Source: Octopus bimaculoides (taxonomy: Eukaryota). From it: a stretch of 64,000 bases of DNA. The stretch lies in the NCBI RefSeq assembly GCF_001194135.2, contig NC_068991.1, positions 44,618,044-44,682,043 of the forward strand, written 5' to 3'. Position 1 is the stretch's first letter, and every line of letters starts with the position of its first letter. Below the pieces are notes generated by a model. The model ran no database searches and was not told where the DNA came from. It was given only the letters and a program-made list of their open reading frames with translations. The position numbers and the translations under genes were made by a program. Shown piece after piece: positions 1-12,575 of the stretch.

Positions 1-418
1 ATACTTCATAAGCTCTCTGTTGGCACAATAAGCTAACAATATTGTTAGCCTGATCAATAGACCAATTGAGTAAACCTATCAGTAACATAACCTATAATGA
101 CTACCGGAAACAATGGTAAGCCAAATTTACTCTAATAAAGGAAAAATACGTAATGACAATCATTTATACATTGACTATATATATATATATACACATACAC
201 ACAGGTAGATAGATATATGCATATACATAATACGTAAAAATTCCATTACATATGCGTGTGTACATAAATATATACAAGCATATACATAACTATATATATA
301 TATATATATACACACACACATACACAAGTATGTCAGCTGTATACCCAATAGATATGTGTGTCAGTGTACACATATGTGTACACTTATATATAAATACATA
401 CACATCCTTATATATACA

Positions 419-1284
419 CAGGGTAGGTAAAAAGTAACTAGGCATTAGAAATTGCTTATAGAATTTTTAGTATCACTGAAGTCATGACAAAAACAATTTT
501 TAAGCAGACAACACTAATGGGGATTTTTTATTTTCATATTGTCTTATTTCTTATTTTCCAGATGGCCAACCACTTGACTTTTCAGGAATGAGCTAAGATA
601 CCAGCATATTTTAATGTGTGGAATTCCATTGTTTTGGTTCAGAGATGGTGGCGTGCATGAAAAGGTAAGCATGCAACACTACATCCGAAGACAATAAAAA
701 GTTGTCATGCAAAGCTGATGACCATGGGCTCTGTGAACAATGCAAGAAGTGGCAATCACACTCCAATCAGCAGAGAATGTGGTAACAGTACAGGAAATGT
801 TTAATCACAGCCTGCAAAAATCAACACGTCAAGCAGCTCATGAAAGTGGACTAACAAGATAATACAATACATATGGTGCTGCATAAAGAATTGAATTTTC
901 ATTTGTGGAAACCCCATTACATGCAGGAGCTAAAACCTGAAGACTGTGACCACAGAAGTCCAGAAGTCCAGCACTCCAGATCTCACTCCATGTGATTTTC
1001 ACCTGCGGGGGTTACACAAAAGAGGTGTACAAAACAAAACTTTGCACACTGGAGGACTTGGAGACACGGATTCAGGAGGTTCTCAATGATATCCCAGATG
1101 ATGTCCTTCAGCAGGTTGTTCATTCCATTCCTGGCCATTTGAGGAAACTGATTGACGTCACTGGTGCTTACATTGAAATGTCAAGATTTACTTTCATTTC
1201 CCATGTAATAGAGAACGTATCATTGGTGTCAATAAATTTGCAAAAGGAATATGAATTTTATTACCAATTTTTAATGCCTACTTA
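419..1284 (+). mobile_element. Internally deleted Tc1/mariner-superfamily DNA transposon remnant
   Basis: Left end cagggtaggtaaaaagtaactaggcatt; partial inverted copy aatgcctactta at 1273-1284 next to a gap. Frameshifted transposase C-terminus (SPDLTPCDF then GYTKEVYKTKLCTLEDLETRIQEVLNDIP) at about 970-1150. Confidence 0.75.
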
Positions 1285-1782
1285 NNNNNNNNNNNNNNNN
1301 NNNNNNNNNNNNNNNNNNNNNNNNNNNNNNNNNNNNNNNNNNNNNNNNNNNNNNNNNNNNNNNNNNNNNNNNNNNNNNNNNNNNNNNNNNNNNNNNNNNN
1401 NNNNNNNNNNNNNNNNNNNNNNNNNNNNNNNNNNNNNNNNNNNNNNNNNNNNNNNNNNNNNNNNNNNNNNNNNNNNNNNNNNNNNNNNNNNNNNNNNNNN
1501 NNNNNNNNNNNNNNNNNNNNNNNNNNNNNNNNNNNNNNNNNNNNNNNNNNNNNNNNNNNNNNNNNNNNNNNNNNNNNNNNNNNNNNNNNNNNNNNNNNNN
1601 NNNNNNNNNNNNNNNNNNNNNNNNNNNNNNNNNNNNNNNNNNNNNNNNNNNNNNNNNNNNNNNNNNNNNNNNNNNNNNNNNNNNNNNNNNNNNNNNNNNN
1701 NNNNNNNNNNNNATATATATATGTATAGACCTATATATATGTATATATCTATATCTATATATATATATATATATATATAATG

Positions 1783-1823
<41 letters not shown>

Positions 1824-4800
1824 CCATACATACATGCACAGAAGGAGATACCGAGAGAAAGTGAGCAAAAGAAATATAGAGAGAGAAAAGAAAAAGATAC
1901 CTTCATCTAATAACATTTCCTTAATGGAATATTTGATGTGAAGGGAGGTTTGCATATAAGAATGATGTAACTTGTTTATGTTTGAATCAATGATTACATT
2001 GAGAATAACTGATGTGTATATAAAAATCTACATGTAAAAAGGTTCTTTTGTTATAGATGTAGTCTATAAAATTAAGAACAATTTACAGACTGACATCCTT
2101 TATATATAGTTATCTAGTGTCTAGCAAGCTGTAGTAGGTGAAGCCATGTGGCCATCCTATCATTATTACAGTCATGGTATCCAATCAATGAAGACAATTT
2201 AAAGACAGCAAAATATTTGTTAGAGTAGAATATGTTAAACAAGTAAACAATGCTCCTAACCCGGTTCAATAATTGTAAATTTAGTTATATCCAATTACTT
2301 TTTGTTTAAATTGACAAATAATATATAATATTTTCCAGTTCATGAACCAACAAAATATATCCTAAAATATTCTAAAACATTTCTGTAATATTACATATTT
2401 ATATTTTTGATTTTGAAATATTAAACACAATATAGCAAAAGCTAAAAAAATTATAACAGAATTTTTAATAAATTATAACTATTTTACTTTTATAAATATT
2501 TTTTTTTGTTATAGTCCCTACTTTGAAAATGTTATCCTTTAAGAAAAAAAGGAGTTTAATTTCCCTTTATATATAATTAGCATTTACCCTAACTTGCTTC
2601 AGCAATTATTCGTTGTATTTTGGTTATAAATCTGAAGATAAAATCTGATGTCTGAAAATTACACAAAAGCCAGCTAATAAAAAAAGTCAAAGCATTAAAT
2701 AAATTGGAAAAAAAAAAATACAAGAAAGCTATTCTAAAATAATACTAAGCATGTAATATTAATTCTTTAAATATTTTTAAAGAATACAATGAATGAGAAA
2801 GATTTTCATGAGAGAGTTTTCAGCAGGTGATTTTTTTTATCTACATATTCAGTGCTAAGCAGATTACTACCTCTAGCAGAATGTGGCCACTGTTACCACC
2901 TAAACTACACTTCTAAGAGAGCTATCATCTGGAACATCATGCATTGGGAAACAGAAAATTCTGTTTTTAAAAGTTGCTCCATTACTCTTTCCTGTAAAGC
3001 TTAATGACTCAATTATGTATCGAATATGTTTATATACATAATATTGTAACCTGTTCATGAAAAACAAATTTTCTTTGTGCAAGAAAATAATCAATAATAA
3101 ATTACAGTGATATGTAAAGAAAATGAAATAACAACACATAACAAACAAATACAGGAAATAGTAGACATTAAAGAAGAATGTAATGAATCTAAAAAATTTA
3201 TTTCAAGATAAGATCAGGATAAGTGACAGAAAAAAACCAAAGCAAAAGATACTTATTGCTTGTAAGTCTTCACTTTCAGAAAATATGAGAGAGAGAGAGA
3301 GAGAACAACAAAATGTTCTTATTTGATTAATTTTTTTTTCCTTATTCTGCTTAATACTATATTAAAGATCTTTCTCATAAACATGTTTAAAATTATTTTC
3401 AAAATCTTTAATTTTTATGTTAGTAACAAATTTACATAATAGCTTATGCACATACTTATTCTAGTCTTAGGTCAGAATCTATACTTCTCTTAACAGCCGC
3501 AATAATTTTGATATAGTTATCTGAACCCCAAATTAGTATTTATTTTGTCCAACTCATTCTTCTTGCTACCTAACTACTTTCATTCTCTCTCTGAGTCACT
3601 TACCAAACATTTGATGCAGGTTTTCAATTTGAGGACTGTGACTCTGTTTATTTACTTCCATCTCATGTTGTCTTATAATGAAATGAACATTTTAGAATGT
3701 ATATTAACCATGACAGTTTCACATATCCACCACAAATTTCATTTAAGAAAACTTTCATAGCTATTGGTGGACCAGTTGATAAAAGAAGATACAGCTTATT
3801 CTGTTAATACTTTCTATTTTTCTTTACTAATAATATTCTTGCAACTTTCAGCATTTGCTTATTTATATGGGAAAATTCTCATGAGTATCATGGATGATTC
3901 AGAAAGCTTCAAGTCAATGCTAACTACACATGATATAGACAAAATCTCAGCTATGCCCATAAAGATATAATGCCCTCTCCTAAAATAATAAATTCTATTG
4001 TAAGAAATTTACTAATACAACTGTGAATGTGAATCAGTTTTTAAATGGAACTTGAATATCTAGCACCCTTTTATAAAGAAACAAATCATTTGTTAAACTA
4101 ACTAAAATTGTAAATTACTATTCAATTAACCAAGAGGAATGATTGAACAAATACAGCTTTTATTTACAAGCCTATCAAGGAAGTAAAGAGAATAAATTTC
4201 AACATTTTATGAATATTAATTTAATGACTCATATTCCTTTAACAATCGATATCTTTCAATGCAGAGCACATCATAAATAATATTCTTATCAAACAAAAAA
4301 TAAAAAGAGAAAAAAAGAAACTAGTTTAAATTCATAAAAAAGCAGTATAATATATATATTTATTTAGTTAAAATGAAACTCAAAGATGAGGCCCACTATT
4401 TGAATGTGAGGGTATACATTTAATGTTTTCAAAGGCATGATTAAAATGCAACCTAATTCTTAACTATTGATACAGTTTCAAATGATCCTAGCAACATTTA
4501 TCAACCATTAAGTTTAGAAAAAAAGCCAATTTCAATCTTAGATATACTTGTAAAAATAAGGTGCATATTCATACACATACATAGTTATATTATATATGAT
4601 TACACAAATATTGTACATATAAGTTCACATAAACATTCAAACACACAACAAAACATGTATGAATACATCTTTAGTGACTGTATCAACTTCCATACAATAG
4701 TATCACACCAGTATCCAGGAATTTGAATATGGCAACCTTCAAGGGACTCTCTTGAAAGTGTTGAAATGAATGACAAGATGCTGGCATGTCACATATGTGA

Positions 4801-5069
4801 CACAACCTATGCTCTGTTGCCTCCAAAAGAGAGGAAACATTTCAGTGTGACAAATTGACATTTTTTATTTAAATCTTTTTTAATTTATTTTTTAATTATA
4901 GGTGTGGGGTGGTTTATGAAGAGTGAAATATAAATTATACTGTTTTGGACTATCATTGTATGTAGTAGCACTCTCCTGATAAATGATGTAATGTCAGTAA
5001 GCTCATCTCTATTTTATCTTTCTTTTGCCAAGACTACAAGGAGAAATTTGCAACAAACCTCAAGTCCAG

Positions 5070-6200
5070 GTTAAATCCTGCAAAAAGTGAGTTTGGAAAA
5101 GTCACCAAACCCATACTAAAGAGGTGTACGCTTGCTTCATAGAACTCAAAAATGCATATGACCACATGCTACTGGACATGCATGTGAAGGGTTTTACAGG
5201 AGTTTGGAATTAATGGGCAACTTTTTTTAGTTGGGAAATCCCTATATAAAATGTTCAGATGTTTGTATTCAGATAAATGGTGTTAAGTTGAAACCTTTCA
5301 ATGGGGGGGTGTTGGGTTTCAGCAGGGATGCATTTTGTCACCTCTCTTCATAATTTTTATGAACTGGATTGACATGTGCAGCCATTGTGAAAGTGGTATC
5401 ACAATCAGTTGGTATAGGATTGGTTGGCTGATATTTGCAGATGACATGGTGCTACTTGGCTCATCAGCAAGTGACCTCTAGTATGCACTGAATTGGTTTG
5501 CTGTCAAGTTTTGCAAGGTAGGAATGAGAATTAGTGTTACAAAAACTGAAAACATTGGTCTTTTCAAGAAAGTTTTCCCAGTCCACTCTGCATATTAGTG
5601 GAACATCGCTGAGACAGGTGGTGAAGTTTAAGTATCTTGGGGTTGAATATTCTTGAGTGATGGGAAGCAGGATGCTAGATTTGCAAGTGCTAGCACCTGA
5701 CAGTAATGCACCAACTCCAGCATTCAATTCTCAGGAGAGAGGTTGGTAAAAAAAGTCATACTTTCTATTTTCAAACTAGTTTTTGTGTCTACCCTTACCT
5801 ATGGTCATGAATGTTGAGTAATGATAAAAAAAAGTATGATTGCCACTACATGCTCCAAAATAGGGTTACACTGAAGGATCTCTGGAATAATGTTACTCAA
5901 CAGGCTACTTCAGAACATTGAGAAATCACGGCTCTAGTACCACAAACATGATTAGATTGTCACAGGAAAGAATTGCAAGACAGATTCTTTGAGCCAAGTC
6001 AACCAGGAGGGGACCTAGAGGTAGACCAAAAACAAGATGGATGGATAATATCCATAGTCTCAGTTGGTCATGCTTGAGAATTCAATGGAGAACTCTAAGG
6101 ATGGTTGCATCTGATAAGACTAGGACTCTACAGAGGAGATGCCTGAAGGCTAAGCTCCCATGACTTTTCCAGGAATAGTGGTGAAGATGGATGGATAAAA
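5070..6200 (+). mobile_element. Degenerate RTE-like LINE, 3' RT fragment
   Basis: GFQQGCILSPLFIIFM (~5314-5361) and IFADDMVLL (5431-5457) RT motifs; RGRPKTRWMDN-like C-terminal motif near 6015-6050; many stops and frameshifts. Confidence 0.75.
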
Positions 6201-6249
6201 TTTGAAATTCCACTAAATTCAATGGGATAACATCAATACGGTAGTTTAC

Positions 6250-7350
6250 TCTTTTAGCAATATTAACAATGAAAATGGATGCACATTGACTCAGTTCAAT
6301 ATTGTTGAATTCAACCTGTCAATTTCCAAGCCTCTCTTCAACAGAGCTTTGGAATTTGAAATGACGCATTGCAATAGTGTTGATAGCAATCTCAACATGA
6401 TCATGAGTGTCAGAAAGTCACAGTGTTCCATGGAGAAAGACACTCATGGTTCATTTGATATTATGGTGGGCCAGCTTTGTCAAAGGAGATGCATGTAATC
6501 TAGTTGGATTATTCACCCTAAGTAATCTTAAAAAGACATTTAAGATTTTAGACATCAGGCTGGACAGAGATGACAACCTGGCTATTATTAAGAACATACA
6601 TGAATAGGACCTACATAACACAAGGAAACGAAATACCTAATTAGAACCTTTAAAGAACTAGGGAAGAATATCACTAATTACATATATAAATTTCTAGAAT
6701 ATTCTTATTTTTATCTCAACCAATCTAAGAACTATACAGAAAACAAAATGAAAAGCTCATTTACATCAACAGAATCTCCACCAATTTTAAAAATCTTACT
6801 AGCAATAATATAGTAAAAACTCCAGCATCTTCTCAGAAAATGGAACATTTGATAGAATTACAATCCAGTGCTACAAAATACTGTTGAATAATGGATTTAG
6901 AGAAAAAAATTAAGTTTATCTCTAAACCTGAATCACTATAAAATCATAGAAAATGCAATGATGGTGAAATCTAATTTGGGCCACTATATTGCCCATGTGG
7001 ATATTTGATGTTGCTAGGAATTTCATAAACATGATCCATTCTCTCATAGGATACAAACATTCCAAACTAGTTCACAACAAAACTTAATGGTAAACTATAG
7101 ATGCAAGACAAACACAGGGGACATCCTTGCATGCTGTAGGTGCCTCAAACTACCATGAAGTTATGAGTGACAATGACTGCAACAGTCCAAATAGAATTAT
7201 ACCTTTGGTAATTGATGCAATGATGTATCAATGATTTATGAGCTATCATGCTAATCCAAGGAAACATATGATCTAGATTATATATTGAAATGTGCTAGTG
7301 CAGTTTCAAGAGCCAAGTCTACCTTTAGACATGCAGACAAAAAGAAACAA
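6250..7350 (+). mobile_element. Degenerate Penelope-like element (RT remnant)
   Basis: GSFDIMVG...GDACNLVGLFTLSNL...LDRDDNLAII (6445-6590) matches the Penelope RT FDVTMGS.DGAE.CELVG...YRDDGL pattern, with frameshifts. Confidence 0.6.
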
Positions 7351-9911
7351 TGGTACTTGAAATATCACAATATTGATAACTTTTAATATCACCTAATCTA
7401 AACTATTTTTCAGAAGCAAGCACATCCATTGCTATGGTTTTACTTTAAAATATTCATTGTGACCAAAACAACAAAATTACACTATTTTGACCTATTACTG
7501 TATGTGGTGGCTTCATCCTGATGAACCATGTAATGTCAATAAGCTCATTTCTAACTTTATGTTCTTCAAGACTGCAAGGAGAAATTTGCAACAAACCCCA
7601 GAACTAATTTCTAAGTGTTAACATGAGAATAATTTCTAACTTTCTAATCTCAAAAGAATGATTGAGCATAAAACATCTGAACAATTGAAAGTTCACAGAC
7701 CACCATCCTATACAAAAGACAAACCAGAAGTCAACAAAATGATGGGCCATACTAAAAAAAAAGCTTCCTTCACAAAAAAATAATCTAACAAAAAACAATC
7801 CATATGTGTTATTCATTCCACCAGCTAGCCTCATCCAAGGATTGTCTAAGAACAGGGACATGAAACCCTGATTAATGGAATGCTGTAAGTTGTAACTATA
7901 ACCCTACAAAGTTTTCTCATATTTTGTTTGTAGTATTCATAGACATATACACACATGCTCACATATATACAAATATTTTACATATACAATCACAAAACTG
8001 TTTCAAAGATAAGACGAGAAACCTATAGTTTTAAATAACTAATAGAAAATAATTAATTTTTCCATGATAACTGAAGTACTTGTCTTGCATATTCATAATC
8101 TCATCTGATTATAAGACAAGCAATTAAAGATGTAAATCCTAATGGTTGTAGGCACTATTGCAAATTTAGTTAGTCATTTCACTTTATTTAATAACTTATT
8201 ATTGATCTCTTATTTAAAATAAATGTAAACCTTCAAGATATAATATATATTTACAAAAGTAAAAACTTCAGTAGTTAAAGGAAAATTGCTAAAGTTGCTA
8301 TTTAGGTGCTTAACAGTAAAAGTTAAAGTTAATGTTAAAATATTTGAAGAGAGCATTAAAAGAGATATGTGGTGAAGGATAAACAAACTTAATTGACTAA
8401 TGTTATTTTCAATTATGTAGCAAGTATGGGACACAATTTTAGCAAGTACAGGAGATATGATTGGCTTTGGATCTCATCAGTAAAACAAAGTCTTCACAGT
8501 ATTTCCCTGGTAGTGATGAAATATCATTAATTGTACAATAACTGTACACTGATTGTTGTAGGAAAATAGAGTTGTTCAGTAGAGGATAAAATGTCAGAAC
8601 AAGACTGAAATAGGGAAAAAAAGACTGCCTCTGAAAATACTAGTTATTAATTAAAATTGTTTTCTTTCCTTGTAGTAGATTTATTTCTAGTGAGCTTTGC
8701 GTTGTTCTCTGCATTGAATATGTTTGCACTAACTTGGCTATTGTTTTTCATGTGGATAGTGTCTCTGATTATCTGTTTCCTTGACTAGTCAATCAACATC
8801 TTGATTTTCCCAAGTATATAACATTAAACTGCCCAATATTTTAGCAAACAATAACACTAAATTGATTGTGAAATGAAGATGTAGAAAATAGTATTTTAGT
8901 ATTTAGTTTGGAATTATCTTCAATGAGTAATAATTAATGTTGAATAAAAGCTTCTAAATATTTTCATACTATATGTTTATGTAATTTTTGTTTAATATGA
9001 TGCAGGTTTAATATGAGCAGAATGAAGTAAATAAACAACATTATCAATATATATGTTCAAAGCTATTCTAAGCTTGACAGCTATATATTGTTCCACCACT
9101 ATTTAAACCATATAATTTCTTTTCTATGTTATTTAATACATGTGACTTATTTTGTAGTAATTTTTGAAAAACAGTTGTTGCTATAACTGAAAACAATACC
9201 AATATTATAAAAATAGATAAATAAAAAGAACTAAATGAAAACTTAAAAGAATACAAACTTTAATATGTTCACATACTGAAGGGAAACTTTGACTACTAAA
9301 ATAATAAACAGACATCTTTTATAACATTAATGACATATAAGTGAAACTACTGCAATCATAGGAATATTGTGAAGGCTGTAAAGAAATTTTATGCACAGTC
9401 AGTAAATATATTATTAAAGATTACAATCTTGAAAAACATTAAAATCAACGAATTTTCTGTGATAGCAATTTAAATAAACATAGCAGGTAATATTATTAAA
9501 CACCCCTTCTGTCCGTAGGGGTGGTATTTTTTTTTTGATAGTCTTTATAAAAGAATGAAATAAAATTATTATATTGGACAAATATAGCTTTGCTCTTTAG
9601 ACTGGCAAAACATCCTCAATTTGCATTTAATACACATTTTTCCTCAACATACAAATGTTTTATCAATTGTGATGTTTGCTGAAATGTTTCTAGTTTGAAG
9701 TATATTAATGTGCTAAATTCCTTAAGCATGAAGTATGATGCTACTTATATATATTGAGTAAAGCATATGGGTGAAAAGTACAATATAATTTTGCAAAAAA
9801 AGAAAAAAAAAGAAAAAGGGCATTTGAATTTGACTTTTGCCATCAAAATAAAACATTATTTAAAACAGAAGAATAAAGAACAATTATCTCAGAATGAGAA
9901 TTTAAATCTTT

Positions 9912-10098
9912 TACTGTTGTGTCTGTGGAGAGTCATTCTCTTTTAGTGCTTTATAATTTAACACACTCACCAGTAAAATTTCCACTTATTTCCTTCTTTG
10001 GTTATTTGTTTCTTTATTTTTCTAGTAGAAATTTTACTGGTGAGTGTGTTAAATTATAAGGCACTAAAAGAGAATGATTGTCCCCAGACACAATAGTA
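9912..10098. repeat. Palindromic MITE-like foldback (about 75-bp arms, 37-nt loop)
   Basis: 9912-9986 is the near-perfect reverse complement of 10024-10098 (for example acacactcaccagtaaaattt / aaattttactggtgagtgtgt). Confidence 0.9.
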
Positions 10099-10654
10099 TA
10101 TGCTTCAACACACAAACTCACATAAAGAATCTTACAAACCAAATCCAAAAACGAAATTAAATCTTATAGCTTATAAATATTATCAAAGATAGTAATTAGT
10201 TAAACTTTTAGTCATCTAAAAAAAAGCATGCATGAATACTTGTGTGTNNNNNNNNNNATATATATATATATATACATATCAACTGTGGCTAAAAGTTTGA
10301 ATACAAATTTGAAATTTAAAATTTTTCTAAATATATTTTGATATAAAGATAAAAACTAATTATCAACTGAATATTTTCAAATAACAAAGTTAATTAATTT
10401 ATATTTCATATTATAAGAATGATGTCATATTTCATAATTTCAACATCTGGCTAACATTTCTGATACTATAAATTACTACCTAGAGTCATCTAGCAGTGGT
10501 CTGCCCATGTGCAGTTCCTGTGTATGTGAACACTCTCCCACACTCTCTGCCACTCCCCTGCCACTGTCAAGTAAATTATTGCAATTTCAGGTACAATGAT
10601 TAGACTTGGGATGAATACTGGAGTGGTTTCTTGTTGCCTTCTCTAGGCAACCAC

Positions 10655-10800
10655 TAGGCATATGGCCTAGTGGTTAGAATGTTACACTCATGGTTACAAG
10701 ATCATGGATTCAATTCCCAGATCAGGTGATGTATTGGGTTCTTGAGCAAAACACTTCATTTCATGCTGGTCTGTGGGTGGAAGAGTGGCAGAATTGTTGG
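10655..10800 (+). mobile_element. tRNA-derived SINE head
   Basis: A-box-like tggcctagtgg and B-box-like ggattcaattcc, followed by the cttgagcaaaacactt core typical of these SINEs; no complete cloverleaf. Confidence 0.65.
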
Positions 10801-11484
10801 CTGTCATAGAACAACACTGAGGATTGCTTGCAATTTTGCAAGGATGATAAAAATTGAATTAAGGAAGATGGCTTAAAGTCATGTTTAATCACAAAACATC
10901 AATTAAACATTTGGTATCTAATGCTCCTTTGATTCATTTTCCATCAAACAACTGTCAGTATAAAGCTGTTGCGTGTGTAAAGTAATGCTGGTATTCAGAT
11001 GATGCTTTAAAGTACAGCCATAAACTCTAAAACTTATCTGGATATTCTGAAGAACGAAGTTTCTTACACATATGATAATCTTTACTTGCACTATATTCTA
11101 ATAAGATGGTCCACCCAGTCATTCTACAAAATGCAGGCAAAACCAAATAGATTTAATCTTATTATTTTATTGGATAGATAGTCAGAATAGTCTGCTAACC
11201 TGAAGCATACAAAAATTGTATAGGTTCATATAAAAAGGAAAATTGTAGCTTTAATTCTTTATTAATTTCAGATCTAAATGTGAAGAAATCACAAGTTTGA
11301 AGACACAAGGTTCTTCAAAAACTTAGTAAAAAGAGTAACTGATGCATTGCTGCCGTTGTACTGGAAGCAAAAGTGCATATCAGATATGAACACTATAATG
11401 TTGTACTTTTGTTAAAAGCCTTCTGGTTATCTACTTATTTTAATATTAAGTATACTCCTTAGTGACATTTCATCAAGTCTTTAT

Positions 11485-11632
11485 TTTCTGAGTTCAAATT
11501 CTGCCAAGGTTAACTTTGCCTTTTATCATTTTGGAGTTGGTAAAATAAGTATCAGTTGAGTATTGGGGTTGATGTAATTGACATACTCCGACCAATGAAT
11601 TTGCAGGCCTTGTGCCAAAATTTGAAACCAGT
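11485..11632 (+). mobile_element. SINE 3' part (family with further copies near 19600-19850 -, 44940-45150 -, 46840-47030 -, 47700-47860 -, 62580-62690 +)
   Basis: Shared gagttcaaattc..aggttaactttgcctt..taaaataagta.cagttgag..ctgggg..gat motif and ggccttgtgccaaaatttgaaacc end, recurring through the window. Confidence 0.7.
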
Positions 11633-11866
11633 TTTAAGTATACTCCTTGCTTTTGATATACATCATCAATGATGACACCTAAATAAGAGTATTCGTACTT
11701 TTGATAAGGAATGTATATATTATATGTATATGTATATATGCAGTGTGTGTATGTGTGTGCATATAAACACAAACATATATATACATACACACACACACAC
11801 ACACACACATATATTTACATTTACAATATAAATGTAGAAGTTTTGAAATATATATATGTATATCTA

Positions 11867-11897
<31 letters not shown>

Positions 11898-12544
11898 NNN
11901 NNNNNNNNNNNNNNNNNNNNNNNNNNNNNNNNNNNNNNNNNNNNNNNNNNNNNNNNNNNNNNNNNNNNNNNNNNNNNNNNNNNNNNNNNNNNNNNNNNNN
12001 NNNNNNNNNNNNNNNNNNNNNNNNNNNNNNNNNNNNNNNNNNNNNNNNNNNNNNNNNNNNNNNNNNNNNNNNNNNNNNNNNNNNNNNNNNNNNNNNNNNN
12101 NNNNNNNNNNNNNNNNNNNNNNNNNNNNNNNNNNNNNNNNNNNNNNNNNNNNNNNNNNNNNNNNNNNNNNNNNNNNNNNNNNNNNNNNNNNNNNNNNNNN
12201 NNNNNNNNNNNNNNNNNNNNNNNNNNNNNNNNNNNNNNNNNNNNNNNNNNNNNNNNNNNNNNNNNNNNNNNNNNNNNNNNNNNNNNNNNNNNNNNNNNNN
12301 NNNNNNNNNNNNNNNNNNNNNNNNNNNNNNNNNNNNNNNNNNNNNNNNNNNNNNNNNNNNNNNNNNNNNNNNNNNNNNNNNNNNNNNNNNNNNNNNNNNN
12401 NNNNNNNNNNNNNNNNNNNNNNNNNNNNNNNNNNNNNNNNNNNNNNNNNNNNNNNNNNNNNNNNNNNNNNNNNNNNNNNNNNNNNNNNNNNNNNNNNNNN
12501 NNNNNNNNNNNNNNNNNTTTTATATATATATATATATATATCTA

Positions 12545-12575
<31 letters not shown>

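Larger units (their letters stand above)
4936..7597 (+). repeat. About 120-bp diverged direct repeat pair (4936-5059 and 7477-7597), possible Penelope pseudo-LTR
   Basis: Both copies carry cctgat..atgtaatgtca.taagctcat.tcta...caagact.caaggagaaatttgcaacaaacc. They bracket a Penelope-like RT remnant. Confidence 0.55.

Noticed and set aside
2907-2991. Possible Nav exon 10 (ERVMEQLLKTEF...)
   Set aside because: Weak polypyrimidine tract, an in-frame TAG with no good donor before it, and only superficial similarity.
10655-10730. tRNA gene
   Set aside because: Only A/B-box remnants followed by a SINE body; no intact cloverleaf.
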